Assembly (NCBI GenBank): GCA_964016885.1
Contig: OZ024742.1
Coordinates: 34,224,001-34,288,000 of the forward strand
DNA length: 64,000 nucleotides
From: Eledone cirrhosa
Taxonomy: Eukaryota
Direction of reading: 5' to 3'
Translations under genes and position numbers: made by a program
The notes under the pieces: generated by a model
What the model was told of the DNA's origin: nothing
Databases searched by the model: none
Seen by the model: the letters and a program-made list of their open reading frames with translations, nothing else
Shown here: positions 1 through 13,053 of the stretch, in pieces
How positions within the stretch are numbered: position 1 is the first letter of the stretch
How the letters are laid out: each line of letters starts with the position of its first letter

Positions 1-840
1 CACAACTGCTGTAAATGACATGTAATGATTACCGTTTAACTAACCAATTAGTTAAAACTTCGACAGAACATATAGACAGAACATTATAATATCTAGAGGA
101 TATAGATTTAATTGTTTACATTGAATTACTTAACCCTTCCAAATCTACATCAGTTGGCAGAACTTAGTAATATCAATGACATATAACAATGATAAACAAT
201 ATATTGTTACATCATCGCATTATCATTTCCATACATAATTACTACTGCTAGGAATCATAATTTATTCAGTTTTTCAAATTTATATAATTCTGCAATTGAA
301 TAACCGTATAAACTTTGCTACAGCGCTTGTCAACATACGTAATGTTTCTTACACATTATCTATTCCAACTTGAAATCTTATAGTAAATTAGTTAACCTAA
401 AAAGAGAAAGCAAGTTATTTTACAATTGATTTCAAGTTTGTATGTTACCAGCTGCTTTGAACTCCAAAGGATTAATCGTCTAACACAGCTTATCATAGCG
501 GTAATTGAAAACTACTCATGAGTATAATTGTTTTATTTTTCATGTAGCCTTTAACGAGTCGAATTAAGATCGATGATATTGGAAACACGTCACTTTGAGA
601 TATATATGTTACTGACACAAAAAGAGATTATTGGTTGTAAGAAGGTTGATGTCAGGCTAGTCAAGATATGTTTGAATAGAATCTTCTTTAGATGAACAGT
701 CTGGAAATGATATCAACTTGATTTTAAACTGAGAGTGGGGGACAAAACTCATAAATAATTGTACAAACCTGATATGGCATACTTACACATAAACAGATAA
801 ACTCTCAGGCACATAACCAGACAGACAGACACACACACAG

Positions 841-872
<32 letters not shown>

Positions 873-1074
873 ACATACACGCACCCCCCCCCCCCCCCCG
901 CCACATATATATATATATATATATATATAGTATTAGAGTTATTTAATTAATGTCCCCCACATTGGTATATTTCTTCTCGTAAGACATCGATTATTTCCAG
1001 AGTGATCAGTTATCAGAAGAATATATCTGTAGAATTTAAACTTGAAATATATATTTATTATTAGAATTTAGCTA

Positions 1075-1257
1075 AGGTGGATTGGCAGTATCGGTAGAGG
1101 GTCAGCCACCATGCTTTCCAGCATAGTTACGTCCCTTAACTATCTGAGTTCAAATCCCGCCGAGGTTAACTTTGCCTTTCATCCTTACGGGGTCGATAAA
1201 AAAAAGTACCAGTAATGTACTGGGTAATTGCTGGCCTTGTGCCAAAAAGTAGAAACA
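1075..1257 (+). mobile_element. tRNA-derived SINE, family A (Meta-domain-like core GCCTTTCATCCTTACGGGGTCGATAAA)
   Basis: A-box-like TGGCAGTATCGG, B-box GAGTTCAAATCC; 14-bp TSD ATTATTAGAATTTA (1057-1070 and 1258-1271); many further copies in the window. Confidence 0.85.
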
Positions 1258-1525
1258 ATTATTAGAATTTAACTTCGGTATAGCTGTATACATATATGTA
1301 TGTGAATATCGTACATCTCAAGATCCACAGCTATGAATAGAAGGCTGACGGCCAGTACCGTCTAGCGGAATCCAGCAGAAACAAGGGGATAATTGTTTAT
1401 GCATTTCGAACTTAAATGGTTGTCGGCAAAGATTGCCTCATCCCTGTCTATTGCTGGACTTTAATATATAGCTAAACGGTGTACCAATATTTATTACCTT
1501 TTTCTATCTAAATAAGAATTGTAAA

Positions 1526-1712
1526 TTGGCAGAGTCGTTAGAGCATCGGATAAAAAGCTTTGCAACATTTTTTTCAGGATTTTATAAATTATGTTCTAAT
1601 CCCGCTGAGGTCAACTTCCCCTTTATACCTTCAGGAGACGATAAGATAAACTACCAGTAAAGTACTGCTAGCGATAAAATCGACTTTTCCCTCTGCTCCA
1701 AATTGGAAGCCA
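1526..1712 (+). mobile_element. older diverged SINE family A copy
   Basis: TGGCAGAGTCGTTAGAG head, AATCCCGCTGAGGTCAACTT, GATAAGATAAACTACCAGT match family A. Confidence 0.65.
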
Positions 1713-1869
1713 TGTAAATCAATATTTAATTTATTTTTCCTTTATATTTCTAAATGTATGCATTAATTATTCTTTCGAGAGAGGAACCGCATAAATTCCA
1801 TTAATTAATACTGTTTATTATTGACTACATAATTATTTCTAGTTAACATGATAATGATGTCTTCATTAA

Positions 1870-2090
1870 CTCTTTAGCATTTACATTACTCTATATTTAC
1901 TATTGTATTTTCATGGTAAACACTTTATTTCACAAAATTATCTCACATAATATCGAATCTACGAGATTTTGATATTATTTATTTTGAGAACAATACCTTA
2001 ACATCAGTATGAACAGCCGGTTATGGTCGCCTTAAACAGAAAGAGGTGAGACAATTCTGGCCGGATATGGCCGGTTTAAATGCTAAAGGT
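1870..2090. mobile_element. TTAA-flanked MITE (piggyBac-like)
   Basis: TTAA at 1866-1869 and 2091-2094; imperfect TIRs CTCTTTAGCATTTA / TAAATGCTAAAGGT. Confidence 0.65.
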
Positions 2091-2124
2091 TTAATTATGT
2101 CAACATTAATTTAACTATATTGGT

Positions 2125-2275
2125 AAGGTGCCTAGGTCAGTGGTTAGGGCATTGGTCTCAAAATTGCATGGTAGCAAGTTCGATTCGGGTGCCGAATGGC
2201 GCATTGTGCTTCCTTGTAGAAGACACTTTATTCTATGCTACACCAGTCAACTTAAATGTAAGGAATGAGTTGCAA
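2125..2275 (+). mobile_element. diverged tRNA-derived SINE family B
   Basis: CAGTGGTTAGGGCATTGG head, GTTCGATTC B-box, TCCTTGTAGAAGACACTTTATT core. Confidence 0.55.
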
Positions 2276-2768
2276 GGAAACATATACCAAGCCCTATTCG
2301 TATTTACCTTTCCCTTGGCCAACACCATATAGGGTGCATATTAGTTGCAATAGATGCCAATCTATGTCGACTTTTGACTTTCCCTCAGACATTATCATAT
2401 ATAATCTATATATAAATTTGAGCGACTTCCGTCCGTCACACAATGTGTGTGTGTGTTTGTGTGAATGTGTGTGTGTGTAAAAGGAAGGAAGGGGATGGTG
2501 AAAAACTATAGCAAAACACCGGTTGGCGTTCTGCTTGCTACGCTGTATGTGAGTGTTTGTGTATGTTTGAGTTTGCGTGAATGTATGTCCGCGAGTGTGT
2601 ATTTTTGTAAGTGTGTCTATGTTTGCGCGTTCATATTTATATAATCATACATATAAATGTATGCATATGCTCATACACAAACGCACACACATATACACAT
2701 AGGCATCAGCGTGTTGAAAAACATTCTAGTGCATATATGTATAATATAGTTATGAATTGCAACTTCGA

Positions 2769-2895
2769 AGGCGCGTGGCTTAGTAGTTAGAGCGTTGGAT
2801 TAACACTCTTGAGGATGTGAGTTCAATTCTCGGACCGTCCAGTGCATTGTGTCAGTGTGCAATATATTTTCTTTTCATTCAGTTGCAGGAATGAG
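2769..2895 (+). mobile_element. diverged tRNA-derived SINE family B
   Basis: AGGCGCGTGGCTTAGTAGTTAGAGCG head, GAGTTCAATTCTCGGACCG as in the 31126 copy. Confidence 0.6.
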
Positions 2896-3762
2896 TTTTG
2901 TCGTTACTGGTGTCAAGTTGAATTGGGCTTTGTTATTTCCCTTGGACAACGCCGGCGGCATAGAAAGGAGAGACTGGTGTGCATGGACGACTGCTGGTGT
3001 TCCACAAAAACACATTTGGCATAATTTATCTTGGAGGGGAAAACTCTATAGGTGGAAAACTCATGGCGACCACAGTCGTAGAAGTACTAGTTGAAGTTGC
3101 TCTTTTTTATGCTGTTTGGTTTTTATTCTCATTCTTGTCATAGTTCTCATTGTTGTTGCTGATTCAATCCAGAGAGAACATGACCCGGCACAATGATGTT
3201 TAAATACATTCATGCCATGCATATAAGGACAATTTCATCTTTTTGTATAATTCTAACAAAACCTGCGAACCACAGAATGGTTGTCTTGGAGGAAGGATTA
3301 GTTTAGTTATACAACGATGTTCACTGAGTAATAAAACGTTTAATAAAATGTTTAATAAATAAAACAAAAATACACAACGTTCCGTCCTGTTGGAGCAAAA
3401 AATTCAAAATATAGGAAAGAAGGCGAAAGATGTACACCCCCTCCATATATATATATATATATGTGTGTGTTTACGCAAACACTCATACACGCGCGCCGTA
3501 GGGACGTATAATCACACACACACACACACATGCTTACGCACGTGCACAAGTATAGCTCTTTTTACAAAACGGTTTTTTTTTCCATTTCAGGTAGACCCGC
3601 TCCATCAACCATTTTTCTAAAAATTAAATCATACACAAAACGCCAGCACCAACAATTTTGCAAGAGATGTCAACATGAATGGACGTGTTATTTTTTTTAT
3701 CTAAAGACATTTTTCCAATTCCAACCCACCCGTCCCCTCAATCTAACTTATTTCTCATTCTT

Positions 3763-3798
3763 TCTTCTGATAAAGGACTAGCGTCCGAAACGTTAAGA
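3763..3798 (+). ncRNA. decayed minimal type-I hammerhead (G8>A)
   Basis: TCTT-CTGATAA-A-GGAC-TAGC-GTCC-GAAA-CG-TT-AAGA; stems intact, core G8 mutated. Confidence 0.55.
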
Positions 3799-3880
3799 CC
3801 CTCTTCCTGCTATATCAAGAGTTAACCTAATATATCGCTTCCATATATTGTACCGATTGTGTTGTTATTTCTGTTTACCT

Positions 3881-3912
<32 letters not shown>

Positions 3913-3922
3913 CATACATACA

Positions 3923-4468
3923 TGATGGCTGCCAACTCGTTTTCGAGTACGGCCACTACTTTATATCCATGTAGGAGAGCCCTTACCGATGCGCTGAACA
4001 AGTGTGACTTTTTAGTCCAGCCAGCGACTTGAAAACTCTGGTACAAACACTACACTTGTGACAATTATTGACACATAGTGCTGGGCCCATGGTACCATGT
4101 GACGACAAGTGCAGAGAGATCTCCAGATATAAAACAATGCCTGTGCCGTGAAGCTTTTATAGTGAGCAAAGGTACTGCACAAAGTCAGTCCCACTCTCTT
4201 AACCAAGATGATATTTACCAAAAAGAAGAACAAGTCAACGTCATTGGATACCATCAGGGTTGCAGGTGTTACATCAGAGTTTTCCTTCTCCTAGAATTCT
4301 GCCTTGACAAAGGCTAAGGGACCATCTCTCCCGGTGATTTTGGATGGCCATTGACTCTTAAGAGCTCCTTTGTCCTTTGACAGGTTTTGTTTTTAGTCCT
4401 GCAGGATGTCCAAAGTCACCCTCCTCACCAAGAAACCTTGGTGGGGTTGCCAGTTTAGTCGCCAACGA
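3923..4468 (-). mobile_element. non-coding retroposon (probably RTE-derived, non-autonomous), 5'-truncated copy of 61921-62528
   Basis: Reverse complement aligns along its length with 61980-62528; 3' end runs into (ATGT)n. Confidence 0.75.
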
Positions 4469-4522
4469 ACATACATACATACATACATACATACATACAT
4501 ACATACATACATACATACATAC

Positions 4523-4556
<34 letters not shown>

Positions 4557-4558
<2 letters not shown>

Positions 4559-4740
4559 TGTTTCTACTTTAGGCACAAGGCCAGCAATTAACCAGTGCAT
4601 TACTGGTACTTTATTTTATCGACCCCGTAAGGATGAAAGGCAAAGTCAACCTCGGCGGCATTTGAACTCAAATCGTAAAGGGACGTAACTATGCTGGAAA
4701 TCATGGCGTCCGACCCTCCACCGATACTGCCAATCCACCA
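4557..4740 (-). mobile_element. SINE family A
   Basis: Reverse complement of the 1075 copy; (TTA)n tail at 4523-4557. Confidence 0.85.
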
Positions 4741-4910
4741 AATGCGGAGAAGGAGCAGACGAGTTGGAATATATATACCTTAACACTTCACACAAAGTAA
4801 AATATTTTGTTTTAAACATTTTCTAACCCAGAATAAAGAGAAAACAATAAAAGGGAAAAAAAAAATGTTTCTTCCTAATAATCGCCCTTTTCTCCCTATT
4901 TTCATATATA

Positions 4911-5024
4911 GGTTTTGGGTTTGGCACAAAAAACGAGGAAGGACTGAGGCTCCTGGAATTCTGTATTGCCAATGAATTGACTATCTGCAACACAAACTTT
5001 AAGAAACCATCAAATCAACTGATC
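4911..5024 (+). pseudogene. RTE-clade LINE APE endonuclease fragment
   Basis: Translates GFGFGTKNEEGLRLLEFCIANELTICNTNFKKPSNQLI, typical RTE endonuclease segment (NxxG..LLEFC, NT.FKK). Confidence 0.8.
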
Positions 5025-5427
5025 AAGACAGAACTGTCTTAAACACAAACATCAGTTGGGAGTTGCAACCACAATTGGAGTGCGAGACTGGATGGCACTG
5101 TTATGAGGAGGGACAGGCCAGCTGGTCATCCCAAAATCTTCACAAAGTGGAACCATAGTTTGTGAACTGTTATTTCTAATAGCCATCTTTTCACCCCTTC
5201 ATAATTTGTGTGTGAGACACGTTGGCCGAGTGCTTCTGACAGGAACTAAAAGATTGATTCTTTTTAGCTTCCCGTCCCCACGTAAAATTTATAAATCAGT
5301 GGCTTGTTGAGAGATAGAGTACTATCGGTTGCTAATCGCTTTACCGTGTCGGTTGTCACAAACAGTCATGACCGGCATGGGCCGGTGTTTGGATTCTGTC
5401 GATCGATTGGTTATTGATTAGGCGATA

Positions 5428-5537
5428 CCCGCTGATGAAGCCGCATAAGCCGATTGTGCATTGTTGCATAATATATGCAGACAGATGGTGCAGTGCACCT
5501 TACTGCTGCATTAGTGCGGCAGAAACTCGAGTCCGGG
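5428..5537 (+). ncRNA. type-I hammerhead ribozyme with extended stem II
   Basis: CCCG-CTGATGA-A-GCCGCA...TGCGGC-A-GAAA-CTCGAG-TC-CGGG; palindromic stem III ACTCGAGT, GUC cleavage triplet. Confidence 0.85.
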
Positions 5538-5610
5538 AACCTTATAGGCACCCGTTTTACGTGTGTTGTGTTGTGGCAAATAACTATGTGTATACTCTGG
5601 TAATGTATCT

Positions 5611-5664
<54 letters not shown>

Positions 5665-5665
<1 letters not shown>

Positions 5666-5855
5666 CTGTTTCTACTTTTGACACAAGGCCAAAAATTATC
5701 CCAGTGTATTACTGTTACTTTATTTATCGATCCCGTAAGGATGAAATGCAAAGTCATCCTCGGCGGGATTTGAACTCAGACTATAAAGGGGCGTAACTCT
5801 TTGCTACAAAGGATAGCGTCCGACACCTCTACCAATACTGCCAAACTCCCGCCCT
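5665..5855 (-). mobile_element. SINE family A
   Basis: Reverse complement matches family A; embedded in (TA)n. Confidence 0.85.
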
Positions 5856-6062
5856 ATATATATATATATATAAATAACGGCGATGAATTAGTTTTGCGAA
5901 GTTTTTTATATGAAATCGTGTGTCGAAACAAATATTGTTTTAATTGTTATATTTGTGTAATAATATTGCCAGAATTAATAATAGAACACACTCACTGTTT
6001 GGTTGGTTTTCGCTTCTGTATCTTTTATATCAGTTAATTTAATTTACACGGTCCTCAATGTT

Positions 6063-7979
6063 AACAATGGCATACCACCCTTGTATGGGCTCCGCAAAGA
6101 CCATAAGACAGTCGACGACCCAACAACAGGACCACCAACAAGACCTGTATGCGGAGCCAATATAGCTAGCAACTACAGGATCTCCTACTTCCTCTCAATG
6201 GTTAAACGCCCGATAATCAAGATGTCCCCAGATGTAAATGACAACACAGAGGATCTCTTCAGCGGAATCAGTGAGTGCAACAAAAACAAAAACCTATCCA
6301 ACTGCATAATAGGCAGTATGGACGTGGTATCACTATACCCATACATTAACATTGATTTTGCTGTGGAAAAATGTGTGGAGATGATCATTGAGAGTGAGGT
6401 GGAGTTCTGCGACGTCGACACAGACGAACTGGGCCTCCTACTTAGACTTACCTATGTCACTTACTATCTAGACAGCCATGACCTTAGACGTTTCTGCCCC
6501 AGTAGACCCATAAGAGGTAGACCTCCCCCCACCATAACCTCAATGGCAAAAAAGACTCCCATGGGAAGGTGGACTGGGTGGACCAAAGCCATACGGACTC
6601 CCCAAAACAATGATCAGGTAAGAAAAATGGTCACACATGCAATAGGGGCTAGTATTAAAACTACCCTAAAGGGCCAAATATTCAAATTCAACGAGAAGAT
6701 CTACACCCAAAATAAGGGAGCAGCCATTGGCGTCAGCATAGCTGATGACGTTGCCAACCTTTTTATGGTATGGTGGGAAAGGAAACTCAAAAATCTCCTT
6801 GATGAGAGCTCCATAGACCTCATCATGTACTCTCGTTACGTAGACGACATCAATATAGTAATAAGGACATCCCCACAAGAGAGTACTAACAAGTTTGATT
6901 TAGAACGTAGCACAATGGAAAGCATCCAGCAGATAGCTAATTCCATACACCAGAGTATAACTGTAACTATCGACTACCCTTCCAAATACCCTAACAATAG
7001 ACTGCCGGTATTAGACACGGAACTCTGGATTGACACTATAAATGAGAGAGCCCAAATTCTCCACTCACACTACGCTAAACCCATGGCCTCCAAATACCTG
7101 ATACTCAAAAACTCAGGAAGTGCTAAGTTTAATATTCTGATCGCAGACTTGGTACGAGTGATGAAGAACGTATCCCGCACGTGCGACCCAACAGAAATGG
7201 AAATACACATCCAAAACTTCATCAACCGCATGCAGTTCTCTGGCTACAACCAAAGAGACAGAATCAGAGTATACGAAGGAGCCACGGAGAAGTATAAGAC
7301 CCTCATAGAACTGAACATGAAAGGAATTTTCCCATTATATAGGAGCAAATCATGGAATAGCTTAGATAGGGCTAGACATAAGATAGGGAAAGCCACCTGA
7401 TGGTACGACAACCAGAGATACCAGAGTGTCATGTTTGTGGACGCTACCCCTGGAGGGAAATTAGCTAACCAGTGTAGAAAGGCCCTGAGAAAGACCCACT
7501 TAAAGATTAAGGTGGTAGAAAAGCCAGGACCCACCATAAAATCCCTGATCAGCAAAACCTACCCTTTTAAGAAAACCCACTGTACTAATAGGAAATGTAT
7601 CATATGTAAGGTAAACCGTCGGATAAACTGTAAAACTAGAAACGTAGTCTATAGCATAAGATGTACAGAAGGTACTTGCAGAAACATGACAACAAGATAC
7701 ATAGGCGAGACAGCTCGTAGCATAGGTGAAAGGATAGACAAACACTGGGGGGAATTAAAAGGACGAAAAAACGGTTCAGTACTATACGAACATGCCAGAC
7801 AACATGACCGTAACATAGACAACATAGAAATTAGAATAATATTTAAACATAGAAATGACCCAGCAGTTAGGCAAATCAGAGAGGCCAGCGAAATAGAACT
7901 TAGAAGGTCAAGGCTAAACAGAAAAAATGAATGGAATAACAACACCCAAACAAACAACACTGACCTAAGAGCAGTATAA
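6063..7979 (+). pseudogene. PLE reverse transcriptase + C-terminal GIY-YIG endonuclease, one frame split by a single TGA (7398-7400)
   Basis: LYGLRKDHK, RPVCGA, GSMDVVSLYP, QNKGAAIG, RYVDD, LPVLD; EN NVVYSIRC...C...YIGETARSIGERIDKH...EH (CCHH); ORFs 6003 and 7431 share the same frame. Confidence 0.92.
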
Positions 7980-8246
7980 ATAAATAAATAAATAGATAAA
8001 TAAATAAATAAATACATATACAAGCACAATAACAATAAACACATATAAACACACACTAGTAAACTAAGATAGAATACAATAACCAAAACACAGTCACCGA
8101 AACACGAACACACCTCAAACACTATACACACACGCAAACGCATGCGCAGAGAAGAAGACAAACATAATAAATAAATAAATAAATAAATAAACGGATTAAA
8201 TAAAGATGGCGTAGACATACAATACAACAGGGGGAAACATAATAGC

Positions 8247-8289
8247 ACCACTGACGATGTTGCAGATGTGCAACGAACGAACTCTGTTA
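8247..8289 (+). ncRNA. degenerate hammerhead in PLE pseudo-LTR
   Basis: CTGACGA-T-GTTGCA-GATG-TGCAAC-GAAC (GAAA in the sister copy at 16239). Confidence 0.55.
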
Positions 8290-8484
8290 GACTATATATA
8301 TGTGTTTTGTGTCTATATTATATCTGTAATTTTGACCGTTGGTCAGTTAATGGTAAACATTGAGGACCGAGTAAATTAAATTAACTGATATAAAAGATAC
8401 AGAAGCGAAAACCAACCAAACAGTGAGTGTGTTCTGTTATTAATTCTGGCAATATTATTACACAAATATGACCATCCCGAAGTA

Positions 8485-8596
<112 letters not shown>

Positions 8597-9374
8597 TAGA
8601 TAGATAGATAGACAGATATGTATGTATGTATTATATTCGAGACTTTAAGTTCCTTTAGTAATAAATTTCATTTATATCTGGCCCTGTTGAACACATTGCT
8701 ATGCTAAATTTAACCACCATTTACTATTTCAGAACGTACTATCAAACATTAGCCTACCGCCATTATAGATAACCAGAGTTGTGTTTGTTTCTACTTTTCA
8801 CTTTTTTGTTTTGTTTTCTTATTTCAAATTTTCAAATGACTGTGTCGTCGGGACGTCGGATCGAAAGCTTTGCCGTATTCGGTCCGGCTTTTTAGTCCCC
8901 TGAGTTCAAATCCCTTTCGCGGTCTACTTTGCCTTTTATCCTTTCGAGGTCGATATGCAACATACTACTCCAGTACTAGGGTCGATTACCATCTATACCC
9001 CTTTATTTACTTTCTCTCATCTTCGCTGTCCTTCTCTGGAAGAAATCGAATATGTTCAGATCCGTCAAGATTATAAAATGCTGAAGACATCCTGTATTTT
9101 GACCACGCCATTACAATTCCAGGAGATCGGAACTCATTGCATGTCAGTTTCAAACTACACATTGCTTATTTTCTATCATATGACTCTTCATCCCCAAATA
9201 AATTATAACCATTTTCTACAACAATTTATCTCTTCCGATTTCCACAGTTGTCTGCTCTCGCTGTTAAACAGTAAGCTAAGCGCCTTCACATGACACATGT
9301 CTTACTGGTTAGGGCGTTCGGACCACGATCGTACAGTTGGAGCTGATTGGAGTCCTTATGTGTGTGTGTGTGTG

Positions 9375-9617
9375 GGACAGCTCACACCTATGCAGGTTTA
9401 GCTGGCCTTCTCCAAGGTATATCTCGTTGGAGATGTCTTGGGTAATTTAATGATAGGGACCCCAGTTCTATCATCCCATTTCTACAGTTGAGTAAACTAG
9501 AGCAACGGGAAATGAAATATCTTGCTCAAGGAAACAACACATCACACGGTCCGAGAATCAAACTCACAACCTTTCGATTGCAAGCCCAATGCTCTAACCA
9601 CTAAGCCATGCGCCTTC
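9375..9617 (-). mobile_element. tRNA-derived SINE family B (CORE/V-like core), full length with (CA)n tail
   Basis: Reverse complement matches 31126-31364 and 21919-22153; core TCCTTGAGCAAGA...CAGTTTACTCAGCTGTAGAAATG. Confidence 0.85.
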
Positions 9618-11939
9618 ACATGTATGTACAGCAGTGTCCTTATTTTGTTGTTCAGTATAAAGTAGTATCAAGATTCTAAAATGTATGGTGATCATTTTCA
9701 GGTTTTTCTCCTTAAATATGCCTATTCGGTCTTTTCTGGACGTACTCGTGCTGCTGTCTATTCACGTTAAGAGAAACAAGTAGACCAGCAACTCTATATA
9801 TTTCTGTATATGAATCATGTACGATAGGAGCCAGTTGATATTTTCTAGAATGAAAAGGCATTAAATTCTCAGATCGTTGATTGCACTCAATAAGACAGAA
9901 GCAAATACATACGTCTAGGGTTCAAACGGGAAAAATAATACTTAGTACATGTAATAGAATATATTTATTGTTATAATGTTGATGGTACAGCCCCATGAGG
10001 TGTGAAAATTACTGCATACACATGTAGATATTTTTCATATCTAAAGATGAGATTAACAGACTAAGATTGTGTGTTTTAACTGTGTCCTACCAATTTAGCT
10101 AAGTTCTAGTTTAAATATGTTGGTGTGTTCTACTTTAAACCTCCCATGGAATCAATAAAATAGAAAGTAGTCATATTTTGGGGTTTATTTCCTCAACTAC
10201 ACTCTTCATTTATAAATTTATGACTTTGTTGCCTTGCGGAGAAGCTAGAAATCAATATATAATAATATACAGACAGCAGACCCAATCAAAAATGAAACAA
10301 TGATTATAAACATATGTTTAAGCGTGTATGTATGTTTATATGAATATACTTGTATGTATGTATGTATGTATGTATGTATGTATGTATGATGTATGTATAT
10401 ATGTATGTATGTATTTCCACATACATTCTCGTGAGCTGTACATAACTCAACATTATTAAACGTTTGCAAGATAAATTTACGACGTATATCGATCGCTAGA
10501 AACCTCTTTAAATGATAAAGTGAGGTGTCTAGAAATAAACGTCGGAACACAACAAAACATTATCTCAATTTTCAGATAATTATTTGGTGTGACCTCTTTA
10601 TTCGCAGCTATATAGATGTCTGACACAGTGCTATATTATTATTTTTGTCATATAGTCCAGCATGGGTCTGGTCAAGAAAACCAATTATCGAAGGCTTTCC
10701 AGTCATGACAATCCAGTAATGTAATATTCCAAGCATAGGATTTCGATGACTGTTATAAGCTGTGTGTCCTTTTTTAAATAACACAGTTGTGTGTAATTTT
10801 AGAGATATTTTACTGCTATTTTTAGTTAGCCAATCGTTGGTGCTCTATTGTCCTGGTCAGAATTGTGTAGAACTAGCTGAGCTATAATCAAAGCGTTCCA
10901 TTACTGACTATCATATCACTTTCTCTGGCACAACCTATCTGAGATGACATTATCCATTGTTTGTCTACTTATGACATAGGGTGTAATAGAAAAAAAAATC
11001 GTTATTATTTCTGGTAAGCCTATGATCTCGTAGAGGCTCTCTGGCTGTCTTGGTCTCCTTGCGAGTCTATCAACCGAAATATCACTGGCAGGCGTATCCA
11101 GTTATTTCGGTTATAGACCAGCAAGTTTAAATCTCGCTAGATTAGTCGACACAATATCTCGCAATATATACAGCTGTTTATAAGATAGCCCTGCTTGTCT
11201 GGTTCGTAGATCATTAAGTTAAGGCTGGTAACTCGGTTTCGAATCCTAGTCCCCGCATGATCTGCATTCTTAAGCCAACGAAAGAAGTACCTCTCGCAGA
11301 TCAAGAGTACATAATGGATAACACACTACTGAACTAAAAGAACAGACAGGATGCTCCATCCCGGCTGAATTGAATCTAAAATCAACAGCAACATTTCTTG
11401 AATTAAAGACCAGAATTATATGAGTGGAAGTGGATACTTAGTTGAATTAACCACACAGAGCTTATCTGTACCTAATTTCTCAACCCCAGAAACCTAAAAG
11501 ATATTAAGTTGACACTCGCTCCTTACAAGACTGGGACTAAAAACTGGAAATTAAATAAGGCATTACAAGCTCCAAATTGAAAAAGTAACGCCCAGTAGAA
11601 ATTGGAGCACGTATTCATCAATTGCCGGACAGACGTGTTAGTCATTTCACGTCGTATTACCTGAAGTGCTTCTTATATCAGGCGCCATATTTGAAGAATA
11701 GTTAGAGCATTCAGATAAAATAGCTCGCAATATTTATTCCAACACCTTGCATTAGGATTTCAGGTTTCGTAAAGGTCAACTTTGCCGTTGGTCTTGCGAT
11801 ATTTGTTCAAGCTCTTTGCGTTCTGTGTCCAAACCCCGCTGTGGCTGTTTACTGAAGAAGACATGGTGTGATTTGATGGATATTTGGCTGTTATTTCCGG
11901 TAATTCCTGCAACTGTACTACGCTATTTTATTGATTCGG

Positions 11940-12212
11940 ATAGAGAGGAAGAGAGCGAAAGAGAAAGAGAGAGAGTGAGAGAGAAAGATAGAGCGAAAGA
12001 GAAAGAGAGAGAGTGAGAGAGAAAGAGAGAGCGAAAGAGAGAGCGAAAGAGAAAGAAAGAGAGAGAGTGAGAGAGAAAGAGAGAGCGAAAGAGAGAGCGA
12101 AAGAGAAAGAGAGATAGCGAGAGAGAAAGAGAGAGCGAAAGAGAAAGAGCGAGAGAGAGAAGGGGAGAAAGAGAGCGAGAGAGAAAGAGAGAGCGAGAAA
12201 GAAATAGAGAGA
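11940..12212. repeat. GA-rich compound microsatellite
   Basis: Reiterated GAGAGCGAAAGAGAAAGA units. Confidence 0.9.
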
Positions 12213-12837
12213 AAGTTTTTGAAAGCCGTACAAATGTTTGATTGTATCGATTCAGGCATTAAAAGAATTGGATCCCAAACTTTGGTAAGTACTTATCGTT
12301 AAGTGAATTGAATGTCGGCAAATCTCACTTTTCAAAATGGATTTAGCTGTTTGGCTGCTAGGTTGGTCGGTTGGTTGATTTGTGTGCTTGATGTGACGGC
12401 GATAATGTTGGGGAATGTAGAACAGGGGTATGGTACAATGTTGAGAAGGATGACGGTGGTGGGACGGTTGTATGCTATGATTTGAGTGGTGGTATGATTG
12501 TACGTTGAGAATTATGGTGACGGTGGTATGGTTAGAAATGAGAACAAAGATGTTGGTGATGGTGTTACGCTGCTGGTATGCTTGTATGTCAACTATGATG
12601 TTGGTAGTGATGGTAGGGCTGGATATGAGAACGATCATGTTGGTAGTACAGTATTATGTTGAAGATGATGTTAATGGTGGTTCAATGAAAGAGTGTTGGT
12701 GGTGGTAGCATCGTTGGGTGTTGAAGATGTTGTTATTTGCTGTTTTATTTTTGTAGTTACTCGAAAGACATTGTTTTTTTTATCTGTACATTTTTGTAAT
12801 TTATTTATTTGTATTTCAACAATACCTACTACGTAGC

Positions 12838-13053
12838 CGTTGTTATTGTTGTTGATGTTGTTGTTGTTGTTGTAGCTGTTGTTGTTATTGCTGCTGTTGC
12901 TGCTCATGTTGTTAATGTTGTTGAAGTTACGGTTGTGGTTGTCGTTGTAGCTATTGTTACTTCTGCTTTTGTTGCTGCTGCTGTTACTGCTGCTGTTGCT
13001 GCTGCGGTTGTTAATGTTGTTGATATTGCAGTTGTTGCTATTGTTGTTGTTGT
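12838..13053. repeat. (GTT/GCT)n degenerate trinucleotide tract
   Basis: Direct reading; gives spurious poly-N/poly-V ORFs. Confidence 0.9.

Noticed and set aside
4012-4317. ORFs conserved with 62133-62438
   Set aside because: Conservation reflects two copies of one repeat; no recognisable protein motif
9005-9095. Possible minus-strand exon MSSAFYNLDGSEHIRFLPEKDSEDERK
   Set aside because: Weak splice signals, overlaps an old SINE end, and the peptide is not recognised
12257-12291. Possible 29-nt exon CAG|GCATTAAAAGAATTGGATCCCAAACTTTG|GTAAGT
   Set aside because: Good donor but no polypyrimidine tract; expected by chance in 64 kb
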